64,000 nt of DNA from Longimicrobiales bacterium (GTDB lineage: Bacteria > Gemmatimonadota > Gemmatimonadetes > Longimicrobiales > Gaopeijiaceae). Below, one piece after another: positions 1 to 9,820 of the stretch (the stretch's first letter is position 1; each line of letters starts with the position of its first letter). The translations under genes and the position numbers were made by a program. The DNA lies in contig CBDBCF010000001.1 in NCBI GenBank assembly GCA_965202985.1, forward strand, positions 2,080,001 to 2,144,000, read 5' to 3'. The notes beneath the pieces are model-generated. The model was not told where the DNA came from. It made no database searches and saw only the letters and a program-made list of their open reading frames with translations.

Positions 1-42
1 GTGGTTCTCGACGAAGACCTGTCCCTTGAACTGAAGGTGCAT
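1..42 (-). CDS. 5' end of a gene running off the window, possibly a type III R-M (Mod-like) site-specific DNA methyltransferase
   Basis: The minus-strand ATG at 42 gives MHLQFKGQVFVENH, resembling the MPxLxFKGKxxVxNHH N-termini of Mod-like methyltransferases. Only 14 codons are visible. Confidence 0.35.
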   Translation of the reverse strand, partial: MHLQFKGQVFVENH

Positions 43-150
43 GGCGGGTCCCGCAAGGCGGAGGGGCTCGAGAGGGGAGCGGCCGTCCGGCACGAGGCAG
101 ACCGGGGGGAGGCCGCGATCGGATTCAGAATAGCGACCCGCGGGCTGCAG

Positions 151-1686
151 TCAACGAACCCGAGCGCCGCCCAGGCCCGGCGCCGCCGCCAGCTCGTTCG
201 CTCCCACGAGCCTGATCAGCGCGTTCCGGGCCGCCTCGCGTCGCAGGTCGTCGTCGAAGCCTGCCAACGAGAACACGATCCGAACGCGGGCTTGGCGGGC
301 GAAGCCGTAGCGGGTCTTGCGGACGTGGCGCTCCAGCTCGACCAGCGTGGCCATGGAGGCGGGCTCGGGGCCGCGATGGAGGTGTCCGTAGCAGACGGCG
401 CCGTTGCGCAGGGCCGCGGCGGCGGGGAAGTCGAAGCCGGAACCCCACAGCGCCCCGACTTCCCGGGCCGTCGCGCCCAGGACCTGCCCGCTCCCGAAGC
501 GGAGGAAGTTCCGGCAGATCATGTGAAACGCCCGCGCCAGCGCATCGTTCAGCGCTGGAGCCACGGCCTCGTCCCAGAGACCGTCCAGCGCCGCGCCGGC
601 GGAAGCCGCGCCCGCGTCGCCTGCGGCGCTCCCGCTCCCCAGCATCCGAAGCCGCGCCCGCACGGGGTGGACGGTGGACCACCAAAAGGCCTCGTGGGGG
701 TCGGACAGGCGGTAGCGGGTTCGCCGACCGCCGGGGCGCGAGCCCAGCGGACGGTCCGCCGCGACCATTCCCAGTTCCTGCAAGCGCGCCAAGTAGGGAC
801 CCGTGGCGCTGGCGTTGCGCAGTCGCCGGCCGGGGGCGTCGCGGGCCAAGCGGCTCAGGATGGAGGCGTAGCGGTTGGTCTTGCGCACGCCGCGGCGAAG
901 GAGCTCCTCCGGTCCGGCGGTCCAGCGGTCGGAGGCCCACGGGCGCGCGGGGTTCGCCAGCGCCAAGCGAAGCGCCTCGGTCGGATCCACGCGGCCTGGG
1001 ATCACCGCCCAGGTCGCAGGCAGACCCCCGAAGACGGCCCATCCCAGCAGCAAGTCGCGGCCCGTCCACCGAGGCACGGCCCGAGCCAAGTCGTAGTGCG
1101 TGCCCGGACCCAGCCGAACCACGGTCACGGAGTCCGTCACGTCGGCCAAGGGCGACGCGGGGCGGTTGAGGAAGCTACCCAGCTCACGCTCTTGGCTACA
1201 CAGGAACAGGTGAACGCGTGCTCCGCGCCGGGCGACTTGCCGCCACGCCCGGGCCAAGTCGCGCCAGAAGCCCCGGTGCACGGCGGCGATCCCTTCGGGC
1301 TCGTCCACGATCACGGCGAGCGGGGCCAAGTCCGCAAGAAGCCCGAGCAGCGCGGTCCACCCGACGCCGGACTCACGACCACGCCCGCCCGCGCCGGACC
1401 TCTTTCCGCGCCCCGCCGGCGATGTCGCGCTCGCTGTCGCCCGGACGCTGGCCTCCGTCGCCCGGACCGCGTCTCCCGCGAGCGGCGCCAAGCAGGCCGC
1501 CAGCTCCCGCCGGTTGTCGGCGTCGGTCAGCCCGGGCGGCACGAACAGGACGCGCCGTCGGCCCTTGGTCGCTTCCAGCACCAAGTCCAGGGGCGACAGG
1601 CCCAGCCGGCCCTCCACGGAGGCGATCGCCGGTCCGGGCCGCCGGGAGATGTCCCGAATCCGAGCCGTCTTTTCGTCGAATAGCAT
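151..1686 (-). CDS. Archaeal-type ATPase/DUF234-like protein with degenerate motifs
   Basis: 511 aa ORF. Walker B-like AVIVDE, FGGLP, 'YL..LQELGMV', 'RYRLSDP...FWW', 'VGALWG' follow the layout of ATPase_2 + wHTH + DUF234 proteins. Walker A is not intact. Confidence 0.6.
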   Translation of the reverse strand: MLFDEKTARIRDISRRPGPAIASVEGRLGLSPLDLVLEATKGRRRVLFVPPGLTDADNRRELAACLAPLAGDAVRATEASVRATASATSPAGRGKRSGAGGRGRESGVGWTALLGLLADLAPLAVIVDEPEGIAAVHRGFWRDLARAWRQVARRGARVHLFLCSQERELGSFLNRPASPLADVTDSVTVVRLGPGTHYDLARAVPRWTGRDLLLGWAVFGGLPATWAVIPGRVDPTEALRLALANPARPWASDRWTAGPEELLRRGVRKTNRYASILSRLARDAPGRRLRNASATGPYLARLQELGMVAADRPLGSRPGGRRTRYRLSDPHEAFWWSTVHPVRARLRMLGSGSAAGDAGAASAGAALDGLWDEAVAPALNDALARAFHMICRNFLRFGSGQVLGATAREVGALWGSGFDFPAAAALRNGAVCYGHLHRGPEPASMATLVELERHVRKTRYGFARQARVRIVFSLAGFDDDLRREAARNALIRLVGANELAAAPGLGGARVR

Positions 1687-1722
1687 AATCGAAAATAGTA
1701 TAATGAATATTATCTAGAATCA
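1684..1722. promoter_or_regulatory. AT-rich divergent promoter region containing the palindrome ATAAT-N4-ATTAT (1700-1713)
   Basis: Sharp AT-rich patch in otherwise GC-rich DNA, between the divergent ATPase and glnN starts. Includes TATAAT at 1699-1704. Confidence 0.5.
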
Positions 1723-1857
1723 AAGGACGACCGGACACCTCGCACGGTAGCTTGGGTGCGTCCGGGGAAGCCGCAAGCCGGAACTGCCGACGCGACGCGC
1801 CCGATCCGCGACCCGCACGTCAAACCCACCAACTCACAACAGGAAACGCAGAAAACC

Positions 1858-4062
1858 ATGATCGCAACCCGCAACCGCTTCGACTCCATCGTTGCCGCCA
1901 AGACCTGGACGCCGTCCAGGGACGACCGCGAGGACTCCTTCATCTCCGGCGTGGACCCGTTCCAGGACGTGTTCGAGGCGCGCGTCTTCAGCATGTCGAG
2001 GGTGCTGGACTGCCTGGACGAAGCGGAACGGGAGCGCTTTCGCGCCACGCTGGACGGCCGCCAGCCTCTGGACCCGTCGATCGCGGACAAGGTGGCCAAG
2101 GCCATGTTGGAATGGGCCGCCAGCCGGGGCGCCACCCACTTCACCCACTGGTTCCAGCCCCTGACCGGCAGCACGGCGGAGAAGCACGACTCGTTCCTCA
2201 AGATCGAGAACGGCAAGGGCATCGCCCACTTCAGCGGCAAGGAACTGGTGCAGGGCGAGCCCGACGCCAGCTCGTTTCCGTCCGGCGGATTGCGCGCCAC
2301 CTTCGAGGCCAGGGGCTACACGGCGTGGGACCCCACGTCGCCGGCGTTCTTGGCCAAGCACGGCGAGGCCTCCTACCTGTGCATTCCGACGGCGTTTTCC
2401 AGCTGGGCGGGCGACAGCCTGGACAAGAAGATCCCCCTGCTCCGGTCGATGGACGCGCTGGACCGGGTGGCACGCCGGGCGCTCGAGCTCTTCGGCCAAG
2501 AGGGCAAGCGCGTCACGGCCAGCCTGGGTCCCGAGCAGGAGTTCTTCCTGATCGACCAGGAGTTCTACTACCGCAGGCCCGACCTGATGACCGCGGGCCG
2601 CACGCTGTTCGGCGCCAAGCCCCCCCGCGGCCAGGAGCTGGACGACCACTACTTCGGCGCCATCCACGAGCGCGTTCTCGCCTTCATGGAGTCGGTGGAG
2701 CGGACGCTGTACAAGTGGGGCGTGCCGATCACGACGCGGCACAACGAGGTCGCGCCGCACCAGTTCGAGATGGCGCCGCGCTACGAGAACGCCAACTTGG
2801 CGTCGGACCACCAGCAGCTGCTCATGCGCACCCTCCAGACCGAGGCGCGCAGATACGGCTTCGTCTGCCTGCTCCACGAGAAGCCCTTCGCGGGCCTCAA
2901 CGGCAGCGGCAAGCACCTGAACTGGTCGTTCGGCACCGAGGACCGCAACCTGCTGGAACCCGGCGACACGCCCCACGAGAACAAGATGTTCCTGTTCTTC
3001 TGCACGGCGGTGCTGCGGGCCGTGGAGCGCCACCAGGACCTGCTCCGGGCCAGCATCGCCACCGCCGGCAACGACCACCGGCTGGGCGCCAACGAGGCCC
3101 CGCCGTCGATCATCTCCGTCTTCCTGGGCGACCAGCTCCAGGACATCTACGAGCAGCTGGAGCGGGTCGGAGCCGCCAAGGCCCGCGCGGGCGGCGGCTT
3201 CCTGGGACTGGGGGCGAAGGCGCTTCCCCCGCTCCCCCGGCACTCGGGAGACCGCAACCGCACGTCGCCCTTTGCCTTCACCGGCAACAAGTTCGAGTTC
3301 CGCGCCCTAGGGTCGGCGATCAGCGTGTCGTTCCCGGCCACGGTCCTCAACACGATCGTCGCCGAGTCCGTGGACGAACTCGCGGACCAGCTGGAGACGG
3401 CCGTCGAAGGCGGGGCGAAGCTGGACGCCGCCCTGCGCAAGCTGCTGGCTCGCGAAACGGCCGGCTTCAAGCGGATCATCTTCAACGGCGACAACTACTC
3501 GGAAGAGTGGGTGGAAGAAGCCGAGCGCCGCGGGTTGCTGAACCGGCGCACCGCCGTGGACGCCCTTCCGGCCATGTCTTTGCCCAAGAACAGCGAACTC
3601 TTCGACAAGTACGGCGTCCTGACTCCCCGCGAGCTGGCGTCGCGCTTGGAGGTGCGGACCGAGCAGTACTTCATCCGCGTCAACATCGAGGCGGAGACGG
3701 CCGCCAGCATCGCTCGGACGATGATCCTGCCCGCGGCGGTCCGGTACCTGAACGAGCTCGCGACCACGGCGCAGCGCGCGGAGACGTTGCCCGCCGTGTC
3801 GGGCGTGTCGGGGCTGGGCGTCCTGGCGTCGGCGAAGCGCGTGTCCGGCCTGGTGGACGAGCTGACCGAGGCCCTGGACGTGCTGGACGCCCAGAACGCC
3901 GAGCTGGGCGGCGACGAAATGGCGTCCAAGGCGGTCCACATGCGCGACAACGTGATCCCGGCCATGGAAGCGGTGCGCGCCGTGGCGGACCGGATGGAGG
4001 CCGTGCTGCCCGACGACCTGTGGCCCTTGCCCACCTACCGCGACATGCTCTTCGTGAAGTAG
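1858..4062 (+). CDS. glnN: Glutamine synthetase type III
   Basis: GSIII motifs [99 protein letters not shown] and a C-terminal WPLPTY. ATG 1858 chosen as start. Confidence 0.97.
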   Translation: MIATRNRFDSIVAAKTWTPSRDDREDSFISGVDPFQDVFEARVFSMSRVLDCLDEAERERFRATLDGRQPLDPSIADKVAKAMLEWAASRGATHFTHWFQPLTGSTAEKHDSFLKIENGKGIAHFSGKELVQGEPDASSFPSGGLRATFEARGYTAWDPTSPAFLAKHGEASYLCIPTAFSSWAGDSLDKKIPLLRSMDALDRVARRALELFGQEGKRVTASLGPEQEFFLIDQEFYYRRPDLMTAGRTLFGAKPPRGQELDDHYFGAIHERVLAFMESVERTLYKWGVPITTRHNEVAPHQFEMAPRYENANLASDHQQLLMRTLQTEARRYGFVCLLHEKPFAGLNGSGKHLNWSFGTEDRNLLEPGDTPHENKMFLFFCTAVLRAVERHQDLLRASIATAGNDHRLGANEAPPSIISVFLGDQLQDIYEQLERVGAAKARAGGGFLGLGAKALPPLPRHSGDRNRTSPFAFTGNKFEFRALGSAISVSFPATVLNTIVAESVDELADQLETAVEGGAKLDAALRKLLARETAGFKRIIFNGDNYSEEWVEEAERRGLLNRRTAVDALPAMSLPKNSELFDKYGVLTPRELASRLEVRTEQYFIRVNIEAETAASIARTMILPAAVRYLNELATTAQRAETLPAVSGVSGLGVLASAKRVSGLVDELTEALDVLDAQNAELGGDEMASKAVHMRDNVIPAMEAVRAVADRMEAVLPDDLWPLPTYRDMLFVK

Positions 4063-4110
4063 AATTCGGAGGAGCGAAAGAGGCGGGCAAGGCGAACGGG
4101 GGAGGACCAC

Positions 4111-5304
4111 GTGACGAGGCAGACGAGGTGGCTGGCGGCGGCGCTCGCGGCGGGCGCGGGTTGCGGCGGAGAAGCGGCTACGGGCGGGAGCGGGGCCGGA
4201 GGAGGCCCGGTGCGGTTGGATACGCCGGAAGCGGCGTTCGCCCAGGCGTTCTCGGTCGTTCAGACGGTGCGGGAGATGCCCGACGGGCGGGTGCTCGTGG
4301 CCGATCCGCTGGGCCAAGCGCTGATGCTGGTGAACTTGGACGCCGGTGCGGCCGACACCCTGGGCGCCGTGGGCGAGGGGCCGGACGAATACCAGCAGCC
4401 CGACGCGGTGTGGCCCCTTCCCGGAGGTCGGACGCTGCTGGTGGACCTGGGGAACTCGCGGCTAACCGAGCTGAGCCCGGAGCTGGAGTTCGGCGAGACG
4501 CGACCGATGGTGTTGGGCGAAGTGGCGCCGGGCGCGCCGATGACCTTGGCCGTTCCCCAGGCCGTGGACGGGACGGGGCGGGTGTACGCGCGCAGCTTCG
4601 GCGGCTTGGGCGGCGGACCCACGGTGGATTCGGCTTACGTGCTGCGGATCGACCTGGAGGCGCAGACCGTGGACTCGGTGACGCGCTTCAAGACGCAGAG
4701 CACGACGCGCACCGTGTCCGGCGGAAACGAGTCGGTCTCGTCGGTTCCCCTTTCGGCCCGAGACGTTTGGGGCGTGGCGGACGACGGCGGAGTGGTCGTG
4801 GCGCGAGTCGGCGAGTCTCGCGTGGAGTGGATTTCTGCCGCAGGCGTGGTGACGGCGGGACCCTTCTTGGAGTACGAACGCTTCCCCATTGGCCAGGCCG
4901 AGAAGGAAGCGTGGCGGGAGTCGCAAGCCGAGACGGGCGGGGGCATGGGCGTCTCCGTGTTCTCCGACGGCGCCACCTTGCAGATGTCGTTCTCCAGGGG
5001 CCGTTCGTCGCGGGACGAGGACGCGGAGTTGGACGGCTATCCGTGGCCCGAGCAGCTGCCGGTGTTCTACAACGCGCGGGTCCAGGTGGATCACAGCGGC
5101 CGAGCCTGGGTGCGGATGCACGGGCCGGCCGGCGAAGCGGCGACCTCGACGTACCACGTCTTCGACACGTCCGGCGAGCCGGAGATGGTCGTCGAGCTGG
5201 CTCCGGGGCGGCGCGTCGTCGGATTCGGCGCGGCCGGCAAGGTCTATGTGGTCCGCATGGACGAAATGGGGCTTCAGTACTTGGAGCGGCACGCCATACC
5301 CTGA
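4111..5304 (+). CDS. Lipoprotein with 6-bladed (NHL-like) beta-propeller
   Basis: Lipobox-like LAAGAGC, GAVGEGPDEYQQP motif, repeated beta-blade pattern, RBS GGAGG upstream of the GTG start. Confidence 0.75.
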   Translation: MTRQTRWLAAALAAGAGCGGEAATGGSGAGGGPVRLDTPEAAFAQAFSVVQTVREMPDGRVLVADPLGQALMLVNLDAGAADTLGAVGEGPDEYQQPDAVWPLPGGRTLLVDLGNSRLTELSPELEFGETRPMVLGEVAPGAPMTLAVPQAVDGTGRVYARSFGGLGGGPTVDSAYVLRIDLEAQTVDSVTRFKTQSTTRTVSGGNESVSSVPLSARDVWGVADDGGVVVARVGESRVEWISAAGVVTAGPFLEYERFPIGQAEKEAWRESQAETGGGMGVSVFSDGATLQMSFSRGRSSRDEDAELDGYPWPEQLPVFYNARVQVDHSGRAWVRMHGPAGEAATSTYHVFDTSGEPEMVVELAPGRRVVGFGAAGKVYVVRMDEMGLQYLERHAIP

Positions 5305-5329
5305 CCAAACCATCACAAGGAGCAGTCCG

Positions 5330-5947
5330 ATGTTGCGAGTCACCCGATTCCCCCGCCGAACCCTGACGATCCTGGGGACGGCCCTTGCGGCCGGCGCCTG
5401 CGACGAAGGGCGAAGCCCGGAGCCGGACGCCCTGACCGAAGCCGAAGTCGTGGCGCTGATTCAGGGCCTGTCCGCCGTGAGTCCCGACGTCACCGACCCC
5501 GGCGACAGGATCGGCGCACCGGCGACATGCCCTTCGGGCGGCCAGGTGGCTTTCTCCGGGAACGCCACCGCCGACGGCACCGATTCCACCAGGCTCGTCG
5601 TTCGCGCGGACATCACCATGGTTCCCCAGGCGTGCCGATTCCCCGCCGGAGGCGCCACCTTCACCATCGACGGCGCGCCCAACATCCGACAGGTGGGGAC
5701 CACGACGCTGATCAACTCCTTGGAACAGATGGCGTTGGACAGCGTGGTGTTCGCCTACGACGTGACCGGCGCGGTGGACTGGACGACGGAAAGCCCAGCG
5801 CGGTCGAGCACCTGTCAGATCGACCTCGACCTGACGGGGAACATTGATCTGCCGAACCTGCAGGCCGGGGACACGTTGGCCGTGACGACCGGCAGCTTGG
5901 CGGGCACCGCCTGCGGCAGCAGCATCAGCATCTCGCTCGAGCCGTAG
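5330..5947 (+). CDS. Uncharacterised lipoprotein (paralogue A)
   Basis: AAGGAG RBS then ATG 5330. Signal peptide ends LAAGAC. Collinear with the downstream paralogue. Confidence 0.8.
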   Translation: MLRVTRFPRRTLTILGTALAAGACDEGRSPEPDALTEAEVVALIQGLSAVSPDVTDPGDRIGAPATCPSGGQVAFSGNATADGTDSTRLVVRADITMVPQACRFPAGGATFTIDGAPNIRQVGTTTLINSLEQMALDSVVFAYDVTGAVDWTTESPARSSTCQIDLDLTGNIDLPNLQAGDTLAVTTGSLAGTACGSSISISLEP

Positions 5948-6107
5948 AAGGCGGACGCCGGCCGAGGGCGGCAAGACCGGCGTCCGACCCAGGGCGGCCC
6001 GGCCGGCCCGGAGATGCATCGGGAACCTTTTCGCGTTTCTTGAGTATTCGTCTTCAGTGGGCGGCGATCCGGCCACCCACGGAACTCGACGCCAAGGGAG
6101 CGATCCG

Positions 6108-6761
6108 ATGTTGCGACACGCACGATTCACCTCTACCTGCCGACTCCTGGCGGTCCTGGGCGTGGCCCTGGCCTCCGGAGCCTGCAACGACCGCGTCTCC
6201 GAGCCCGAGAAGGACGACGCCCTGACCGAGGCCGAGGTCGTGGCGCTGGTTCACGGCTTGGCCGCCGTGGGCCGGCTGACCGCCACCGATTCCACCGCCA
6301 GCGAACCGACGGCGACATGCCCCCTGGGCGGCGACGTGGGGTTCTCCGGCACCGTATCGGCGGACAGCACCGAGACCACGCAAATCCTCCGGTCGGAGAT
6401 CGTCATGGTGCCGCGGGCCTGCCGCTTCACGGCGCGGAACGTCACCTTCACCGCCGACGGCGCGCCCAACGTCCGGCAAGTGGGCGCCACCACGATCACC
6501 GGATTCTTCGAGGAAATCGAGCTGGACTACGACGTGACGGGCTCCGTGGACTGGAAGACGGGCAGTCCGGTTCGGTCGGGCACGTGCGCGGTGGACCTGG
6601 ACCTGGAAGGCGAAGTCGAGCTGCCGGGGGTGGAGTCGACGGACACGCTGGCCGTGGTGACCGGCTCCCTGTCGGGCACCATGTGCGGCACCGCCGTCGC
6701 CCTGTCTCTTGACTCGCTCTCGGCCGAGTCCAGGAAGATCACGCAGGTCGGAGGCAGCTGA
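6108..6761 (+). CDS. Uncharacterised lipoprotein (paralogue B)
   Basis: GGGAG RBS, ATG 6108, LASGAC lipobox. Shares DALTEAEVVAL, ATCP.GG, MVP.ACRF, DGAPN.RQVG, YDVTG.VDW and VTGSL.GT.CG with 5330-5947. Confidence 0.8.
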   Translation: MLRHARFTSTCRLLAVLGVALASGACNDRVSEPEKDDALTEAEVVALVHGLAAVGRLTATDSTASEPTATCPLGGDVGFSGTVSADSTETTQILRSEIVMVPRACRFTARNVTFTADGAPNVRQVGATTITGFFEEIELDYDVTGSVDWKTGSPVRSGTCAVDLDLEGEVELPGVESTDTLAVVTGSLSGTMCGTAVALSLDSLSAESRKITQVGGS

Positions 6762-6929
6762 CGGGGACGACGGTCGATGTCTCCCATCCGTGGCCGAAAA
6801 TGACCCATCACGCCTGTTGATACGGGCGTTTCCGCAACGGAAGGGTTGTTCCACGGGTTGACCGTGAAGTAGGGGGAGACGACCAGTGACGCACGCAGAG
6901 GACCGCAGACTTGCAACCCTCGCGGCCGG

Positions 6930-7333
6930 CGACGGCGGCTCTCCCCCGGGGCCGTCGTCGCCGTGGCGGGATTGGCGATGGCTTGGAACGGCGCCTGCCA
7001 AGTGGACTCCGAGGTAGTCCACCCCAACGGCGAGAACCTGCCGTCTCGGCACGCATATCTTGTGCGGTCGGACTCCGTGCCCAGCGGCATGACCGCCAGC
7101 GCCATAGCCGAATGGCGACGGGCGGTGGGCGAGATGCCCGATGGCAACATTCTTGAACGTGTCCGACAGTCGTGACGCCGAGAGGCGACATCCTGGCGTC
7201 CACCAGACACGACAAAGCCTACGACGTGTGGAGCCGCGCGCCCGACGGCACGTACTTGGCCAGCTACGACGGAGATGCGATCAAGTTGGAGGTGTCTGTC
7301 GGCCCGGGTGCCAAGTCGGCAAGTGGTGGGTAG
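6930..7333 (+). pseudogene. Probable degraded lipoprotein gene (frameshifted)
   Basis: RRLSPGAVVAVAGLAMAWNGAC signal-like segment in the 6963-7175 frame. A 1-nt shift near 7167 continues as VVTPRGDILASTRHDKAYDVWSRAPDGTYLASY to a TAG near 7333. Confidence 0.35.
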
Positions 7334-7550
7334 GAGTTGCCGCATCCCAGGGATGGAAACGGCGTCCTCCGAGCTGACGCGGGCGACAGCGCCGAACAAC
7401 CCGGGCACGCGGATCCTTCTGCCCAAGTCGGGTCAGTTTCCGGTGTGGCCGATAATGACCCATCAGGTTTGACGCAACCTGCGTTTCCTAGGGGCAGCCG
7501 CAACGAGGCGGCGGAACTACTGCCGACCCGAACCACAAGGAGTACCACTC

Positions 7551-8594
7551 ATGAACATCCTGCGAAGGCTCATGACCGCAACAGGCGTCGCCTGCGCCAT
7601 CATGCTTATCGTCGCCTGCTTCCCTACGGGGGACGAGCAGAGCATGACATCGGCACCTCTGATCAACCGGAACGTCGTCCGTCTGGAACTGGGCGAGGCC
7701 GTGTATGGTCGAGAGGCCACCCGGGCACTCATCGCGTCCCACCGAGACGAGATCCGCCTGCTCGAGAACGACTCGACGCTGCGAGACCGAGTGGATAACC
7801 CGGACTCGCTAGTCGTCTACCTCAGGGCTGAAGTCGCAAGCCTGGAGGCCCGTCTCGCGATACCCGCAATGACCGTCGAGAGAGCTGATTCGCTACGTCG
7901 CATGGTTCGAGCGGAACTGACGAAGATGGGCGACCTGGGACTGTCGAGCGGCTTGATCAACGGGCAACGAACCAGCCTGCGTCAGCTGCTAGCCGCTGAT
8001 TCCGAGCTGACCGACTTCATGGCATCGAACGGTTGCACCGGATTGCGGCTCGAGTCATACAGCTCGGTGGTCAACTCGCGAGGTACGCGACTGCAAACGA
8101 CTCAGCGCACGGCAAACGCAATTGACCTTGCGGGGGTTCCAATTCCTGATTTCGCAAAGCAGACTGTCGCCGTTGACCTCTACGCCGATGGCAATTTCGC
8201 AACTCGAGAGACGGCGAGCACACATACGTGCCGAGAGGCGTCGCTCAGTATGAACAGGACCATCCGCGTATACGAGCCCGTGCCCGCGCTAGGTTGTCAT
8301 GCTGCATTTAACATCAACGTTGCGTGGGACGGAAGTCACCAGTTATGGACGACAGGGGGTTGGGTCGACTACCTGTCGTCCGGCCACCAACCGGTCACGA
8401 TACCGGAGAACAGAACGGGTTGCTCGTGTCGTGGTGGGGGAGGCGGCAACCCACCGGTTCCGTCTTCTAGCACGGGCGGTTGCAACGGCGGTGGAGGAGA
8501 AGGCACGCCACCGCGTGATTGCGAGTGGGTTACCGTCGAGATGTATGTCGGTGGTGTTCTCGTGCGTACATGGAGGGTACGAGCATGTGGATGA
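7551..8594 (+). CDS. Lipoprotein with an N-terminal helical domain and a Cys/Gly-rich C-terminal extension
   Basis: AAGGAG RBS, signal peptide ending LIVAC. The N-terminal domain is homologous to the next ORF. Confidence 0.75.
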   Translation: MNILRRLMTATGVACAIMLIVACFPTGDEQSMTSAPLINRNVVRLELGEAVYGREATRALIASHRDEIRLLENDSTLRDRVDNPDSLVVYLRAEVASLEARLAIPAMTVERADSLRRMVRAELTKMGDLGLSSGLINGQRTSLRQLLAADSELTDFMASNGCTGLRLESYSSVVNSRGTRLQTTQRTANAIDLAGVPIPDFAKQTVAVDLYADGNFATRETASTHTCREASLSMNRTIRVYEPVPALGCHAAFNINVAWDGSHQLWTTGGWVDYLSSGHQPVTIPENRTGCSCRGGGGGNPPVPSSSTGGCNGGGGEGTPPRDCEWVTVEMYVGGVLVRTWRVRACG

Positions 8595-9181
8595 AGACCT
8601 GCGCAAAGGGGGCTTCTTGGGCCTTGACGCTGTTCGTCCTGGCTTCGTGCGTCTCGGAGAGCGACAGTGCCGGTGCTTCGCCCGACCCGAGCGCCTGCGA
8701 CGACCCGGACCCGATGGACTCCGAGATGTGGACCGACACCGCTACGCTCGTGGTCGGCGACCCGCCGGACGACACCGTCCTGCTCCTGTTTGGAAGGACC
8801 CAAACCGGAAAGGACGCGCTCCGCTGCATCGTCGAGTCCTACCGGGAGGATATCCGTCTTATGGAGAGCGACTCTGCGACTCGAAACAAGTACGCCAATC
8901 CGGATTCGGTGGCGGCGCGCCTGCGTGCCCAGGCTTCGGCCCTGGAGGCCGATCTTGAAGCGCCCCCGTGGACGATCGCCCGCGCGGACTCGATGCTGGC
9001 CCTTGTCCAATCCAGGATCACGGAGATCAGGGAGTCGGGGCAGGCGCTGGCCCACTTCGACGGCGAGCCGGTCACGTTGGACGAGCTTCTGAAGGCGGAC
9101 GCCGGGCTGCGCGAAATGATCGCCGAGATGCGAATGCATCCCGAGCCCTCGTCCGACCCCGAGCTTCCGCCAGGCCGATAG
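8585..9181 (+). CDS. Lipoprotein consisting only of the helical domain shared with 7551-8594
   Basis: GGAGG RBS at about 8572, ATG 8585 (or 8591), VLASC lipobox. Overlaps the upstream stop. Confidence 0.75.
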   Translation: MWMKTCAKGASWALTLFVLASCVSESDSAGASPDPSACDDPDPMDSEMWTDTATLVVGDPPDDTVLLLFGRTQTGKDALRCIVESYREDIRLMESDSATRNKYANPDSVAARLRAQASALEADLEAPPWTIARADSMLALVQSRITEIRESGQALAHFDGEPVTLDELLKADAGLREMIAEMRMHPEPSSDPELPPGR

Positions 9182-9820
9182 GTCAGCCGCGACGCTCCAG
9201 GATCATCGCGGACCCCAGGCCGCCTGCGGCGCGCACCGTGACCAGGCCGAACTGGCCGTCGCGCCGGCGCAATTGGGCGCACGGGATCGTGGACCACGGT
9301 GCCGAAGACCCAAGTGGTCCATGTCGGTCCGGCCAGCACCTCCCGAACGGCGTGACGTCCAAAGGTCGATCGCCGTCAGCCCTTGAAGTGCGCCCCCGCC
9401 CGCGCAAAGGGCGTTCCGGTAGCCTGCAACGACGGCCGAGCGCGGCCACAAGCGACGCGAGTGTGTTCCAATAGGTGCAGGGGACAGGTACGCCACCTCC
9501 GTCAATCCATGTGGATTTCCTCGGGTCACCGGCAAGTCGTTTTCGCACCCACAAGTCCTTGAGAGGCCGCCGGATGTCTCGCCCTGGGTGAACCATGGCG
9601 AGCATCGCGGGAACGACTGTGTCCGTTCTGGTGACCATGCGCCAGCTGTTGCCCACCCTGATCCACGAGCGAGTGCAACAGCTTCCTGATCTTCTGGAAA
9701 CGCTGTGAGGACAACCCGGGACAGAACGGCGTAGCGGTTCTCCCATGACCCGCCTTTTCGTCGGGTAACCCCATCGGGGGAACGGTTTGCCGTCGCTCCG
9801 TCAACGGGCGTATCCTTATC

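Noticed and set aside
6044..6052. GTATTCGTC recurring at about 6044, 25411 and 39891
   Set aside because: It is a short match in AT-richer spacers. Only the 39891 copy is part of a palindrome, so chance cannot be excluded.
9596..9709. 37-aa ORF MASIAGTTVSVLVTMRQLL... upstream of the sigma factor
   Set aside because: No clear RBS or motif, so it cannot be distinguished from a chance ORF.
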